From an uncultured virus (IMG/VR IMGVR_UViG_3300025011_000036) (taxonomy: Duplodnaviria > Heunggongvirae > Uroviricota > Caudoviricetes), in the IMG/VR virus record IMGVR_UViG_3300025011_000036: 64,000 nt of DNA; one strand, written 5' to 3'. This document shows, one piece after another, positions 49,610 through 60,532 of this stretch. Numbering within the stretch: position 1 is the stretch's first letter; each line of letters begins with the position of its first letter. A program made the position numbers and the translations under genes. Under the pieces are notes generated by a model, which was given only the letters and a program-made list of their open reading frames with translations, did not search any database and had not been told where the DNA came from.

Positions 49610-50225
49610 AAAAGATAAGGAGCAAAGCAACATGCGAAAATTAACCAAAGATGAACTCTCTGCCATCCAAGACCTAGAAGATAGCCAACTCATCGAGCAA
49701 TGGTCAATTGACGGTCACTCCAACGCACTAAGACGCGTCACGGTCATATCCAAGGTAAATGCTGACTGGGACGAGATAGATGTCTTACTAAATGCAATAT
49801 TTCCTGAATTAGAATACCGAGGCAAGGCAGGGATTAGCGTCAAGGATGGTGTTATTTATGAGTGTTTTTCGATAGATGTTGACGGAGAAACGCTGATTAA
49901 TCTTGTTATTAAGAAAGCAATTGGGCAAAAAGAAGAGGCCCTGCTGCAAACAGATGCCCCGACTGACAAAGAAAATACTCAAGGATATTCTACCATATTG
50001 GATGATACTTTAGAACTACGGGGGCCATGTGAATCTTTTGTTTAAAGGCAGAGAATTTTATCGAGAATTTCATGAGCAGAATCACGAACATTCCGAGGAA
50101 CAGTGTGATGCAGAGGACGAATGCGATTGCTGCAAGTGGGATGAGCTATGTACTGGTGGATGTAAATCCGAGATGATTCATACGGCTTGTGGGTATAAAT
50201 TTGAGAAGAAAGAAGAGGAAGAAAT

Positions 50226-52229
50226 ATGAAAACAATTAAACTTCAATCGTTATCTCTTAAAGATTTCAAAGGGGTAGAGAATTTTACCCTTGAATTAAAC
50301 GGAAAAAACGCTGACATTTTCGGTAAAAATGCAACAGGGAAAAGTACACTTTTTGATAGTAGCCAGTGGCTTCTTTTCGGGAAAGATTCATCAGGTCGCG
50401 CAGACTATCAGATAAAACCGCAGGATGAGGACGGAAACGAGATCCATCGCTTGGATTGCATTGTCGAAGGAGTTTTCCTTGTTGATAATAATAAGCTCAA
50501 GCTCAAGCGTCAACTCTCTGAAAAATGGGTGAAGAAACAGGGAACCCAAGTGAAAGAGTTTACTGGCAATGAAACAAAATATTGGGTCAACGATGTCCCG
50601 GTAAAAGCCAAAGACTATACTCTTGAAATCAACATGCTCATAAAGGAAAATATCTTCAAACTCCTGACAAATCCCCTCTTTTTTAATACCAATGAGAAGG
50701 GATTTGGATGGCAGGAACGGAGAAAGATTCTGTTTGAGATATGCGGTGATGTGTCGGATTCGGACGTTATTGATTCGCTAGTTTCCGTAGGCGACAAAAG
50801 TATGTTGGATTTACAAATGGTCATTAACTCCGGCAGGACAATTGAACAACACAAATTAGTAGTTTCGGAGAAGATTAAAAGCACTAAATCCCAAATGGAT
50901 GGGATACCATCACGGATCAATGAGCAACAACGAAATATCACAGAAGATGTCACTGACTACACAGCAATAGAAACCTCGCTACAAGCCCATGGAGACACTT
51001 TGCAAGCGATTGAATTAGAACTAGCTATGAACGCCAAGGGGGCTAGTTTATACCGCCAGAAACAGCAACAGGCGTATAAGTTGCAGGGCGAATTGGATGC
51101 TCGAAAAAAGGATCTCGATAACTACTCTTTGTCTGGACTAAAAAAGGCAATTGAGGAAAAATCGCAACTCGAAGGTGAGAGATACCTTATATCCACAGAG
51201 GTTAAGAAGTTGGGTTCTAATTCCGAATTAAGGTCCATGGAGCTAGAAAATATAGAAAAGTTAATTATCGAACTCCGTAAAACATGGGCAGAGGAAAACG
51301 CCAAACAATTCATTGCCCCTGATGGGTTTAGCTGCCCAACTTGCGAACAATCACTACCCGAAGGTAAGGCGCAAGAGAAGATTGATAAGTTAAAGGAAAA
51401 CTTTGACAAGAATAAAAATCAGGTTATCTCCGGTGTTCGTAAACAGGGTACAGATGCAGGAAGTAGAGCTGAATTCCTTAATAAAGAGAAAACGTTAGAT
51501 GCTGAGATTTTAACCAAACACGAAACTAGATTAACTCAAATATACGAGAGAATTGTCGAGTTAGAAAATGACATAGAGCGCGAGAAAACTGAACACGGCA
51601 ACGGATACAACTATTCTCTTGATTTGAAATATTCAAGTCTGACTGACGAACTCCAAGCCTTGCAAGTCGAACTTGACAAGCCTATCGAAGATACAACTTC
51701 CGACCTTCTGTATAAAAAGCAAGAAACAGCTTCCTTAATCGAATGGCTAAACAGAACACTCAACCAAAAGGAAGTTATCGAAAAAGCAAAACTTCGTATC
51801 GAAGAACTCAAGGCAGAAGAAAGCAAATTAGCTGCCGAAATAAACAGCTATGAGCGTCAAGACTATCTAATTAAGCAATTCACAACTGCAAAGGTCAAGA
51901 TACTTGAGGATTCGATTAACAACCGGTTTAAGACGGTTAAATTCAAGCTATTCGACACGCTGAATGATGGGACGGAAAAAGAAGTCTGCCGTACGTTAGT
52001 TAATACGAATGGCGTTTGGGTTGAATTTGATGGGGCGAATAACGGTGGCAAAATTGTAGCTGGTCTTTCGATTATTGAAATGTTGTCGGAATACTACGGG
52101 GTATCCTGCCCGATTTTCATTGATAATTTTGAGTCAGTCACGGGTACTGTGGATGTAAACTCGCAAGTTATTAAGCTCATTGTGAGTGCGGAAGATGAAA
52201 AATTAAGAGTAGTGGGGAATAAAGCATGA
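50226..52229 (+). CDS. SMC/Rad50-like AAA ATPase
   Basis: Walker A 'GKNATGKST', Zn hook CPTC, coiled coil, 'PIFIDNFES'. Confidence 0.85.
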   Translation: MKTIKLQSLSLKDFKGVENFTLELNGKNADIFGKNATGKSTLFDSSQWLLFGKDSSGRADYQIKPQDEDGNEIHRLDCIVEGVFLVDNNKLKLKRQLSEKWVKKQGTQVKEFTGNETKYWVNDVPVKAKDYTLEINMLIKENIFKLLTNPLFFNTNEKGFGWQERRKILFEICGDVSDSDVIDSLVSVGDKSMLDLQMVINSGRTIEQHKLVVSEKIKSTKSQMDGIPSRINEQQRNITEDVTDYTAIETSLQAHGDTLQAIELELAMNAKGASLYRQKQQQAYKLQGELDARKKDLDNYSLSGLKKAIEEKSQLEGERYLISTEVKKLGSNSELRSMELENIEKLIIELRKTWAEENAKQFIAPDGFSCPTCEQSLPEGKAQEKIDKLKENFDKNKNQVISGVRKQGTDAGSRAEFLNKEKTLDAEILTKHETRLTQIYERIVELENDIEREKTEHGNGYNYSLDLKYSSLTDELQALQVELDKPIEDTTSDLLYKKQETASLIEWLNRTLNQKEVIEKAKLRIEELKAEESKLAAEINSYERQDYLIKQFTTAKVKILEDSINNRFKTVKFKLFDTLNDGTEKEVCRTLVNTNGVWVEFDGANNGGKIVAGLSIIEMLSEYYGVSCPIFIDNFESVTGTVDVNSQVIKLIVSAEDEKLRVVGNKA

Positions 52230-53233
52230 CAACAGATATAGCGATAAATGAACAAACCATGGCAGAACGATTTATGGGCAAGGTAACGGAATTATTTCAA
52301 GGAAGCGTAGGGGAGATTGTCCTAACTAATTTCCAAAAACGTCTGATCCAAAACTATTTCATCGTTGCCGATATGACCCTTAAAACTGCTGAAGAGAAGC
52401 GTAAAAAGAAAACCAAGAACCAGGACCCCTTGCCTATTGTTTGGGCAAATATCGATATGGAGGAACTTTCCCAAAACGTTGTAGCTGCCGCGAGGATTGG
52501 TTGGGACCCGCAACAGGACAACCATGTCAGTCTTATCCCATTTAAGAAGAATGGCGTGGCTAAATATGGATTAACCTTTATGCCTGGGTATCGAGGAATT
52601 GAACTAAAGGCAGTTAAATACGGCCTAGATGCTCCAAATGTTATTGTTGAACTCGTTTACTCTACCGACAAATTCAAATCTATCAAAAAGAGTCACACCA
52701 ATAAGGTTGAGTTTTATGAGTTTGAAATTACCAACGACTTTGACCGGGGCCAGTTAGTGGGTGGGTTTTATTACCACTCATTCCCTGATAATCCAGAGAA
52801 AAATAAGCTTGTTGTTTTATCGATAAAGGACATCGAAAAAAGAAAGCCCAAGTATGCCTCAGTTGAATTTTGGGGTGGGGAAAAGGACGTTTGGGATAAC
52901 GGTAAAAAAGTCGGCAGGGAAACCATAGAGGGATGGCACGACAAGATGTGCTATAAGACAATTTACCGGGCCGCCTATAAAGACATCACAATCGACAGTC
53001 AAAAGATTGATGACGATTATATGCGACTAAATCAACTTGAAAACGAATTCAAAGAGGCCGAAGTAGAACAAACGATTGTGGAAAACGCTAACAATGGCAA
53101 TGTTGTTGATATCGTATCCGAAGACGTTCCGAACGACCACGAAAATGAAGAAGGTATTACTGATGCTGAGATAGTTGAGATGGATAAGTTGGCTGAAGAG
53201 TTGAACAATCCACCAACAGGGCCGGGATTCTAG
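52226..53233 (+). CDS. recT: RecT-family single-strand annealing protein
   Basis: 'VSLIPF...GYRG...ELVYSTD.F...KMCYKT'; context. Confidence 0.75.
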   Translation: MTTDIAINEQTMAERFMGKVTELFQGSVGEIVLTNFQKRLIQNYFIVADMTLKTAEEKRKKKTKNQDPLPIVWANIDMEELSQNVVAAARIGWDPQQDNHVSLIPFKKNGVAKYGLTFMPGYRGIELKAVKYGLDAPNVIVELVYSTDKFKSIKKSHTNKVEFYEFEITNDFDRGQLVGGFYYHSFPDNPEKNKLVVLSIKDIEKRKPKYASVEFWGGEKDVWDNGKKVGRETIEGWHDKMCYKTIYRAAYKDITIDSQKIDDDYMRLNQLENEFKEAEVEQTIVENANNGNVVDIVSEDVPNDHENEEGITDAEIVEMDKLAEELNNPPTGPGF

Positions 53234-53234
53234 T

Positions 53235-53978
53235 ATGAATCTAAAAGTAATTGGTTCGGGGAGTAAGGGTAATTCCTATCTCCTCGAAGCCCCTACCGGA
53301 ACTCTAATTCTAGATGCAGGAATGAAATATAAAGACATACAGAAAGCTCTAGGATTTGATTTAAGCCGTGTTTATGGATGCCTAGTAACCCACGAACACA
53401 AAGATCACTCGAAGGCCGTTAAAGGGCTTACTCTTTCTAGTATTGATTGTTATATGTCCATGGGGACTCTAAAAACAATGGAATCCCTAAATACTCATAG
53501 GTTGATGCCTGTTATTTCGGGAATGCAATTTGACGTTGGAGATTTTACGATTCTCCCCTTCGATACCGAGCATGATTGCGCTCAACCACTTGGATATTTA
53601 ATTCAGTACAGACCAACGGGTGAAAAACTACTTTTTGCAACAGATACGTACTTCATAAGAAATCGCTTCAATGGATTAAATTATGTGCTAGTTGAATGTA
53701 ACTACTGCAAAGACACATTAGATGCAAATATTGAATCAGGATACATTCAATCTAGTATGAAAAACCGTCTATTGGAAAGCCATTTTTCACTGGAACACGT
53801 CAAGGAGTTCTTATCCGCTAATGATTTGTCAAAGGTAAAAAAAATAGTTTTACTTCATTTATCCTCAGTTAACTCGGACGCAGAAAGAATGGTCAGGGAA
53901 ATAACGGAGTTAACGGGTAAGGATACGGAGATTGCTGAAGCTGGAAAAAACATACCGTTGGAACAATTTACGTTCTGA
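53235..53978 (+). CDS. Metallo-beta-lactamase-fold hydrolase (nuclease partner of RecT)
   Basis: 'GSGSKGNSY', 'THEHKDH', 'VECNY', 'LLHLS'. Confidence 0.88.
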   Translation: MNLKVIGSGSKGNSYLLEAPTGTLILDAGMKYKDIQKALGFDLSRVYGCLVTHEHKDHSKAVKGLTLSSIDCYMSMGTLKTMESLNTHRLMPVISGMQFDVGDFTILPFDTEHDCAQPLGYLIQYRPTGEKLLFATDTYFIRNRFNGLNYVLVECNYCKDTLDANIESGYIQSSMKNRLLESHFSLEHVKEFLSANDLSKVKKIVLLHLSSVNSDAERMVREITELTGKDTEIAEAGKNIPLEQFTF

Positions 53979-54002
53979 TTAGGGAGGCGGGATTATGAAA
54001 CA

Positions 54003-54155
54003 TTGAACTGTTCGGAGTGCGGGATCAAAACATCTCGCATAAACGCGCATCATCCAGATTACAGTAAACCTCTCGATGTTAAGTGGCTTTGCCCACTGTG
54101 CCACAGGGATAAACACAGGACATACCCAAGAAGCAACCGTAAATTGACTCAATAA
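54003..54155 (+). pseudogene. Degenerate HNH-like fragment
   Basis: 'CSECG...[20 protein letters not shown]'; the SD-linked ATG is out of frame (ATG AAA CAT TGA). Confidence 0.6.
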
Positions 54156-54399
54156 CCATTTTAAGGAGGAGCCAAATGCAAAACACAGCAACGCAAATAG
54201 ATCCCATCCTATTCACAGAACTCTACATGTCCGGCCTAAACGACATCGAAGTCGGCAAAATCATAGGCTGCGGTAAATCCCGGATTCAGAAAGAGCGCAA
54301 CGAGTTAGACTTACCGCCGAACAAGGATATTTTTGCATGGCAAAAGGGTCTAGATAATGCCGAATTAGCGAAGATACCTGCTAAATATCGGAGGTAGTT

Positions 54400-54867
54400 A
54401 TGGCTTATCAGTATTGGATAACTCCCGAACATTACTCTATAGCAGAAGAAAATGGCATAAGTACAAACACTCTAGAAAAGAGAGTTCGGGACAGAGCGTG
54501 GCCGATAAAAGAAGCCATAACTACCCCTCCAAAAAAACGCAATTTATACACAGAATGGGTTGTATTAGCTAAGACAAATGGGATAGGCAAGAGAACATTC
54601 GAGACAAGAATTTACAGGCATGGATGGACCCCTGAGAAGGCAGCAACTACGCCTGTACTTGATCCAAGGAACAACATGAAAGTGGTCGGAGAAGCAAATC
54701 GAAAGCATCAGAAAAAATATGAGGAATTGGCACTCAGGAACGGTATTTGTCGCAGAACTTTTTTAAGCAGAGTGCTTAGGAAATGGAGTCTTGAGGATGC
54801 GGCAACTAGGACGGTGGAAACTAATCGTTGGCATAGCGATAAAAAGAAGGAGATGGAGAAGAAGTGA
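54400..54867 (+). CDS. Repeat-HTH phage protein, paralog of 57543..57977
   Basis: Three 'A..NGI...TF..R....W..E.A.T.P' units. Confidence 0.65.
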   Translation: MAYQYWITPEHYSIAEENGISTNTLEKRVRDRAWPIKEAITTPPKKRNLYTEWVVLAKTNGIGKRTFETRIYRHGWTPEKAATTPVLDPRNNMKVVGEANRKHQKKYEELALRNGICRRTFLSRVLRKWSLEDAATRTVETNRWHSDKKKEMEKK

Positions 54868-55124
54868 AGCCAATAGGAATCTCAGTAACAATGGACTCTT
54901 TCGGGAGGATTACGATACCCAAGCCATTGCGGTTAACGATGGGATATGACACTACGACACCGCTAGAAATGGTGTCAGATGGAAAAGGTTTGAGGATACA
55001 GAAGCACTCGATAGAGTGTATGTTTTGCGGATCTGATATTAAGGTTGTCGCGTGGCATGGGGATATGGTTTGCAGAGCATGTTCCTCTGATATTTTGGCG
55101 AAGAGTGTGAAGGAGGGTGTTTAG
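54864..55124 (+). CDS. AbrB-family transition-state regulator with C-terminal Zn ribbon
   Basis: 'GISVTMDSFGRITIPKPLR...PLE...CMFCG....VCRAC'. Confidence 0.8.
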   Translation: MKPIGISVTMDSFGRITIPKPLRLTMGYDTTTPLEMVSDGKGLRIQKHSIECMFCGSDIKVVAWHGDMVCRACSSDILAKSVKEGV

Positions 55125-55463
55125 GGATGAAGACTGGTGAAATGTACACATATGCGTTAGCTAATCCTAATGCTAAATTTTATAGAACCAACTTAAATAA
55201 TGCTGTTTATAAATTCCTTAATGGGCACTTAGTTTATTCCGATAACGATAAGTTTTCATGTGAAGTTCCGAAACTTGATGAAGATTGGGAATTATTTCGC
55301 GAGTCAGTTGATTTCATGACCGCCGTGAATAGCGGGAAGAGGATAAGGCCAGTCGATCATACCATTGACGGTTTCCTTAGATTCACGGAATGGGATCTCA
55401 GCCTTAAAATGATCAACGGCCTATGGCTAGTCGAGTAGATCATGCAAAGAAATAAGGCAGAGA

Positions 55464-55646
55464 TCAATCATCTCTGCCGACTGAATCCTTATTTTTCCAA
55501 TATGTCTTTAATCCAAGTTCTATTAGATCACGGATAGCAACGGACTTTGGCGGTAATGTCCCGACATCCTTGCGGTATTTATCTATCTCTGACGCTAAGG
55601 GTTCCGGTAGCACGAAATTGAAGCGATATAGCTTATCATTTGCCAT
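55464..55646 (-). CDS. Ribbon-helix-helix protein
   Basis: 'RFNFVLPEPLASEIDKYR...KSVAIRDLIELGL'; GGAGG SD. Confidence 0.75.
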   Translation of the reverse strand: MANDKLYRFNFVLPEPLASEIDKYRKDVGTLPPKSVAIRDLIELGLKTYWKNKDSVGRDD

Positions 55647-55679
55647 ATTTTATCATCCTCCCTAAAGTTATATGTTACT

Positions 55680-55750
55680 TATTATAACACAAGTTAAGTT
55701 TATTATGCACCATGTTAAATTATACAAACGACACAACTTGTGTTATAATA
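55680..55750. promoter_or_regulatory. Divergent promoters within a perfect 16-bp inverted repeat
   Basis: tattataacacaagtt (55680-55695) / aacttgtgttataata (55735-55750); each arm holds a TATAAT. Confidence 0.65.
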
Positions 55751-55771
55751 TAGGAGAGGAGTGATGTAGGG

Positions 55772-56173
55772 TTGAATAAGATTGAGCAAAGGTTCCAAGA
55801 TGCGTACGATGAATTGGTTAATGAAGATCCTGAATTTCCGGCAATTGTGGAACTTTTAAGTCAAGTTGTGATTGGAATCTATAAAGTTGACTTTGTTTAT
55901 GAAAAGTGTGTCATCGAGATAGATGGACATGAATTTCACAAAAGCAAAGAACAACGAGAGAAGGATTACAAGAGAGAAAGGTATTTAATGCGCCAAGGAT
56001 ATACAGTGATACGTTATATGGGTACTGAAGTATTTTTAAATCCAAAAGAATGCGTGACGGAGGCCATTGATCTTGCTAACGAAATAACACGCAGGGATAT
56101 TTCTGACTTTCTCAACGGGTATGATGAGGGTTTTGGGAGAGGAATGGAAATGTTAAATAATGCAGGAAGGTGA
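55772..56173 (+). CDS. DUF559/Vsr-like endonuclease
   Basis: 'YKVDF....VIEIDGHEFH...D.KRERYL...GYTVIRY.G'. Confidence 0.8.
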   Translation: MNKIEQRFQDAYDELVNEDPEFPAIVELLSQVVIGIYKVDFVYEKCVIEIDGHEFHKSKEQREKDYKRERYLMRQGYTVIRYMGTEVFLNPKECVTEAIDLANEITRRDISDFLNGYDEGFGRGMEMLNNAGR

Positions 56174-56177
56174 GTAG

Positions 56178-57002
56178 GTGCCTAATAGGATTTTAAAGGA
56201 ATCCATTTGCACTAGCGACACGATAGATCAATTAACTACAGAAGAGGAGAACTTCTTTTATAGATTAATTGTAAATTGTGACGACTACGGTCGCATGGAT
56301 GGAAGAATAAAAATACTTACCGCAAAATGTTACCCTCTTAAAGATAATTCGATAACTAACGACATAGTGAAAAGATTAATAAAACTAATAGATGTAGGAT
56401 TGGTTGTGAGCTACGTAAGCGGAGGGCTACCATACCTGCAAATAAAAACGTGGGAAAAGCACCAACAAATAAGGGCAAAAAGAAGCAAATACCCAGAGCC
56501 AACATCAGAGACATACAACGGATATCAGATGATATCGGATGATTGCATATGTCACCGTAATCCAATCCAATCCAATCCAAATCCAATCCAAATCCGAATC
56601 CAATCCGAATCCAAAACAATACCCGAAGATATTTCTTCGCCTACACTCAGTGATAAGTCGGAGATGCTCTTCGAAGAATTTTGGGAATCGTATCCAAGGC
56701 ATATCAATAAGACAAAGACCATGAAGGCGTGGAATACTAGAAGGAAGGAAGGAGTTGACCCCAATGACCTAGTTTCTGCATCTAGGAACTACGCAACATC
56801 TAGGAAGGGTAAGGATCAGCAATTCACCCAACATCCTTCCACCTTCTTAGGGCCTGCAAAACCATATGAAGATTATGTACATTATCCATTGGATGAAGAT
56901 AAATCAAAACTATGGGTTAAAAATGAACCATCCATTCAGGACAATATAACAGCCCAATGGTTATCTATGCACGAGGAGGCAGAAAATAATGGACAAGCCT
57001 GA
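56178..57002 (+). CDS. Phage replication initiator
   Basis: 'MPNRILKESICTSD...LIVNCDDYGR', 'FEEFWESYPR', 'HPSTFLG'; internal repeats. Confidence 0.8.
   Translation: MPNRILKESICTSDTIDQLTTEEENFFYRLIVNCDDYGRMDGRIKILTAKCYPLKDNSITNDIVKRLIKLIDVGLVVSYVSGGLPYLQIKTWEKHQQIRAKRSKYPEPTSETYNGYQMISDDCICHRNPIQSNPNPIQIRIQSESKTIPEDISSPTLSDKSEMLFEEFWESYPRHINKTKTMKAWNTRRKEGVDPNDLVSASRNYATSRKGKDQQFTQHPSTFLGPAKPYEDYVHYPLDEDKSKLWVKNEPSIQDNITAQWLSMHEEAENNGQA
56559..56614 (+). repeat. (AATCC)n array inside initiator, putative origin iterons
   Basis: aatccaatccaatccaatccaaatccaatccaaatccgaatccaatccgaatcc. Confidence 0.65.
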
Positions 57003-57528
57003 GTTTGCTAAATTTTATTCATACATCACGTCAATTACCACTGATACCAAGCCGTCACCACAAAGGATGGAGGTATACTGGGACGCTCTTAAAGATTTAC
57101 CCTTTAACATAGCCATGACCTCAGCTAGAAAAGTAATAGCAACCCTTGAGAATCCTTTCCTCCCAATGCCAGCCGTATTCCGAGGGGTGGCGGCACAAAT
57201 CACAGGACCGAACATCCCGCCAGCACCGGACGCATGGGCAGAGGTTACAAAGTCAATCCGTAACCTCGGCATATATCGCGAACCGGAAGCGTTGGCAAGT
57301 CTTAGTCCTTTAACAAGAAAAGCAGTTGAAGCGATTGGATTTAAAGATATTTGCCTATCTGAAAACATTGATGTTATACGGGGTCAATTCCGAATGGCGT
57401 ATGAGGCCTTGGAGAAAAGGGAGATAACGGACGCGAAAACCCCGCAATCTTTAAAGCAAATCATAGCAACAATGCAAGGGGCAAAGGATTTAGCCGAACC
57501 GAAACAGATAGCAAAGATTGACACCTAA
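56989..57528 (+). CDS. Helicase loader/inhibitor-like protein
   Basis: 'MDKPEFAKF...YWDALKDLP...FLPMPA'; follows initiator. Confidence 0.6.
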   Translation: MDKPEFAKFYSYITSITTDTKPSPQRMEVYWDALKDLPFNIAMTSARKVIATLENPFLPMPAVFRGVAAQITGPNIPPAPDAWAEVTKSIRNLGIYREPEALASLSPLTRKAVEAIGFKDICLSENIDVIRGQFRMAYEALEKREITDAKTPQSLKQIIATMQGAKDLAEPKQIAKIDT

Positions 57529-57542
57529 AACAGTGAGGGGGC

Positions 57543-57977
57543 TTGGTTGTGATGAGCTATAACTTCTATATCCCACCAACTGCATATGAAATAGCTAATA
57601 AAAACGGAATAAGCACAAGGTTACTCACTGACAGAGTAAGAATCCTGGGATGGAGCATTGAAAGAGCAAAGAAAGATCCACCTCGAAAGCAAGGTGATTG
57701 GAAGAAGTGGACAGGTGTTGCAAAGGAGAACAATATTCCCCTCTCTGCATTTTACAGAAGGGTAAACGAATTGGGTATGAGTCCAGACGATGCAGCAACC
57801 ATTCCCATGATGGGCAAGAGAACACTGATAGACAACATAGCAATAGCAAAAAGGAAATACCCCAAGGAATACGAGGACATGGCATTGGCTAACGGGATTG
57901 GAAAGAAAACTTTTGTGAGCAGGATGTTTAGGAAATGGGATCCTTTAGAGGCGGCGACTAAACAAGTTAAGAGATAA
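57543..57977 (+). CDS. Repeat-HTH phage protein, paralog of 54400..54867
   Basis: Same repeat unit. Confidence 0.65.
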   Translation: MVVMSYNFYIPPTAYEIANKNGISTRLLTDRVRILGWSIERAKKDPPRKQGDWKKWTGVAKENNIPLSAFYRRVNELGMSPDDAATIPMMGKRTLIDNIAIAKRKYPKEYEDMALANGIGKKTFVSRMFRKWDPLEAATKQVKR

Positions 57978-58363
57978 GGAGGAACCTAAATGCGAAAGCT
58001 AAAATTCAACGAACAAAAAATCTTGCAGCTCTACAACTCCGGCAAAAACGATACCAAAATTGGAAAGGCAGTCGGGATAAAGCCAAACACCATAGCGTGT
58101 TGGAGGCACAGGAATAATCTCCCGTCCAAAATTGGAAACATATCGGATGGAACATACCTGACCGGGGTTAGTTACCGAGATGTGCTGGAACCTGAGCAGG
58201 TTGACGTAATGAGCGAGTTTCTTATCAACTTTATTAAAGCTGGAAAACAAGCTGTGGAGTCAGGAGTTAAGCCGGACGTTATGGGATTTATGGATGCTTA
58301 TGCCGGCAGGACTAAGAAGTGGTCAGAGGAAAGACGGAGCGAGATGACGGGGACGGTGGCAAG

Positions 58364-58715
58364 ATGAACTACTTCGACGAAGCCCGAAAACTCCTACCCC
58401 TCTCAAACTGCCTAAAACGTCACTACGCCTGTGTAATCGTGATGGGTGGTCGAAGTTATATCCAATGGGTATAATGAGTCGCCTGAAGCATGTACTACGT
58501 GCTCTAGGATGGATATTGAACATAACACGGGAAGTTATGATGATTGTTTAGCCGTGCATGCTGAGGTTTCTGCTTTGGTTAGGTCTAAGGTTGATCTTGG
58601 GGGTGCTGAGTTATATCTAGTCTGCTCGGATGAGGTTGATCCTATACCGTGTCCGGCATGTCAGAAGTTGTTGGACTTCGCAGGAGTTAAACAGGTGAGG
58701 GAGGTGCAGAAATGA
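58364..58715 (+). pseudogene. dCMP deaminase with +1 frameshift near 58451
   Basis: Frame 1 MNYFDEARKLLPLSNCLKRHYACVIVMGG, one extra C, then EVISNGYN...HAE...PCPAC. Confidence 0.75.
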
Positions 58716-58928
58716 AGCGCGGCAATATGCGAACCTACGGCACAGTATTAACGGAAAAGCTAGTTAGCGAAAAATGCACGACATGGGCTAGCCCATGTGT
58801 TAGGTACTTTGTCGATGCGAGTGGTAACAGGATAAGCGAGCCAGATAAGGTTGTAGCAGAAAGCGCATACATTGAGCCTACGGAATACAGAAAGAGGGTT
58901 GATAATTTGAAAAGGGACGAAAAAAGAT

Positions 58929-59462
58929 ATGGGTAATACGGAAAGAAGTAGAAACATTTGGGATGGAATTCAAAGACGATGCAACCCTGATAATTGGAAC
59001 GGTAGTCTTTTGAACTACAAAGGGTGTTGGTGTTGTGATGAATGGTTATCGTATAAGAACTTTAAAATATGGTATGAAGAAAATACGTACAACATTGACG
59101 GAGAGAACTTAGACATAGACAAGGACATTATAGTTCGCGGAAATAAACTATATAGCCCGGATACATGCGTACTTGTCCCACACGGTATAAATTGTATTTT
59201 TAGAAAACGTACACATCCTAAGTTTAATCACCCCGTAGGAGTTGTGATTGACCGTAAGACGGGTAAGTATAGAGCTAGGTGTAGAGATGGGAAGCTTATT
59301 TTGTGGGGAACTATATTTCACAATACGCCTCACGAGGCTTTTGTGGAATATAAGGAATTAAAAGAATCCTTAATCAAGAAACACGCAGAACTCTACAAGC
59401 CATTAATACCGAAAGTTGTATATGAAGCAATGATTAATTATCAAGTAAGTATCTATGATTAA
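58929..59462 (+). CDS. HNH-like endonuclease
   Basis: 'W.GIQRRC...C.EW..YKNF..W...DIDKDI...NKLYSPDTC.LVP..IN'. Confidence 0.7.
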   Translation: MGNTERSRNIWDGIQRRCNPDNWNGSLLNYKGCWCCDEWLSYKNFKIWYEENTYNIDGENLDIDKDIIVRGNKLYSPDTCVLVPHGINCIFRKRTHPKFNHPVGVVIDRKTGKYRARCRDGKLILWGTIFHNTPHEAFVEYKELKESLIKKHAELYKPLIPKVVYEAMINYQVSIYD

Positions 59463-59573
59463 GGAGGAGTTAGGGCGTGGGAGTTGCTACCTTACTCTGG
59501 AGAGTGGACCACGGTTGGGTTAATGATGAATTATTTATTGAACCAAACTTGAATAATAAATGGAGGAATTACA

Positions 59574-59978
59574 TTGCTAAATAGAATTTGTCTCGTGGGT
59601 CGTATTTGTAAGGAGATTGAGTTGAGATTTTCCCCTTCGGGAGTCGCGATTGCCAACTTCACGCTTGCGGTTGAAAGAAACTTTAAAAGTGCTAATGGGG
59701 AGCGAGAAACTGATTTCATTCCATGTGTAGCATTTAAACAAGCAGCCCAATATGCCGGGGACTACATCGGAAAGGGAAAATTAGCGTCAGTTGATGGAAG
59801 ATTACAAGTTCGCACCTACGATGGTAACGACGGTAAAAAACGATGGGTGACTGAGGTTATCGCGGATAGCATCAACGGTTTAAGCCCAAGGGAACAACAG
59901 GACAACAACGCAACAAGCGTAAATCATTCATACGGAACAGAGGTTAATTTAGATGATGGAGATTATGTCCCATTCTAA
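59574..59978 (+). CDS. ssb: Single-stranded DNA-binding protein
   Basis: 'NRICLVGR..KEIELRF...FTLAVER...ETDFI...GRLQVRTY'; acidic tail 'DYVPF'. Confidence 0.92.
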   Translation: MLNRICLVGRICKEIELRFSPSGVAIANFTLAVERNFKSANGERETDFIPCVAFKQAAQYAGDYIGKGKLASVDGRLQVRTYDGNDGKKRWVTEVIADSINGLSPREQQDNNATSVNHSYGTEVNLDDGDYVPF

Positions 59979-60532
59979 TCTAAAATAAATAGGGGTGCAT
60001 GCTAACCAATCACCCCTCAAAGGAGGCCTACAATTGAAAAACACAAAAACAAACAGACTAAAAACCCTCTACCCCACGCTCATCGATCTAGAAAAGGCAA
60101 TAGAAAAGTTTGGTAACGTATCAAAGCTTGCTTATCACCTTGGTATAAGTCGGACAACTATTACAGATTACAGACTGACATTGGGTGGTAATGGATCTAT
60201 TCGGAGTGGTCGCAGGTACATGAAGGATTGCGAGCTGGATGAGAACATTCGGAAGGTCGTCGATGGTGCAGGGGTAGTTGGGGTTGGGGAAGCGCATCAG
60301 TGGATGGGGAGAACGAAGATATGAAAAGGGTAAAAATGATCATCAGAAACATATATGGAGAATGCGAAGTTGTCTGCCGTGAATGTGGCAAGGTGGCAAG
60401 GGAGGCAGAGAAGGTTATAAGGTTAAAAATGCCCTATTGCGGTAGCTGTGATATGAGGATTGACAATGCTAGTCAAAATTATTGCGGATACTGCGGGAAA
60501 GAATTGGATTGGGATAACAAGGAGGAGGAGGT

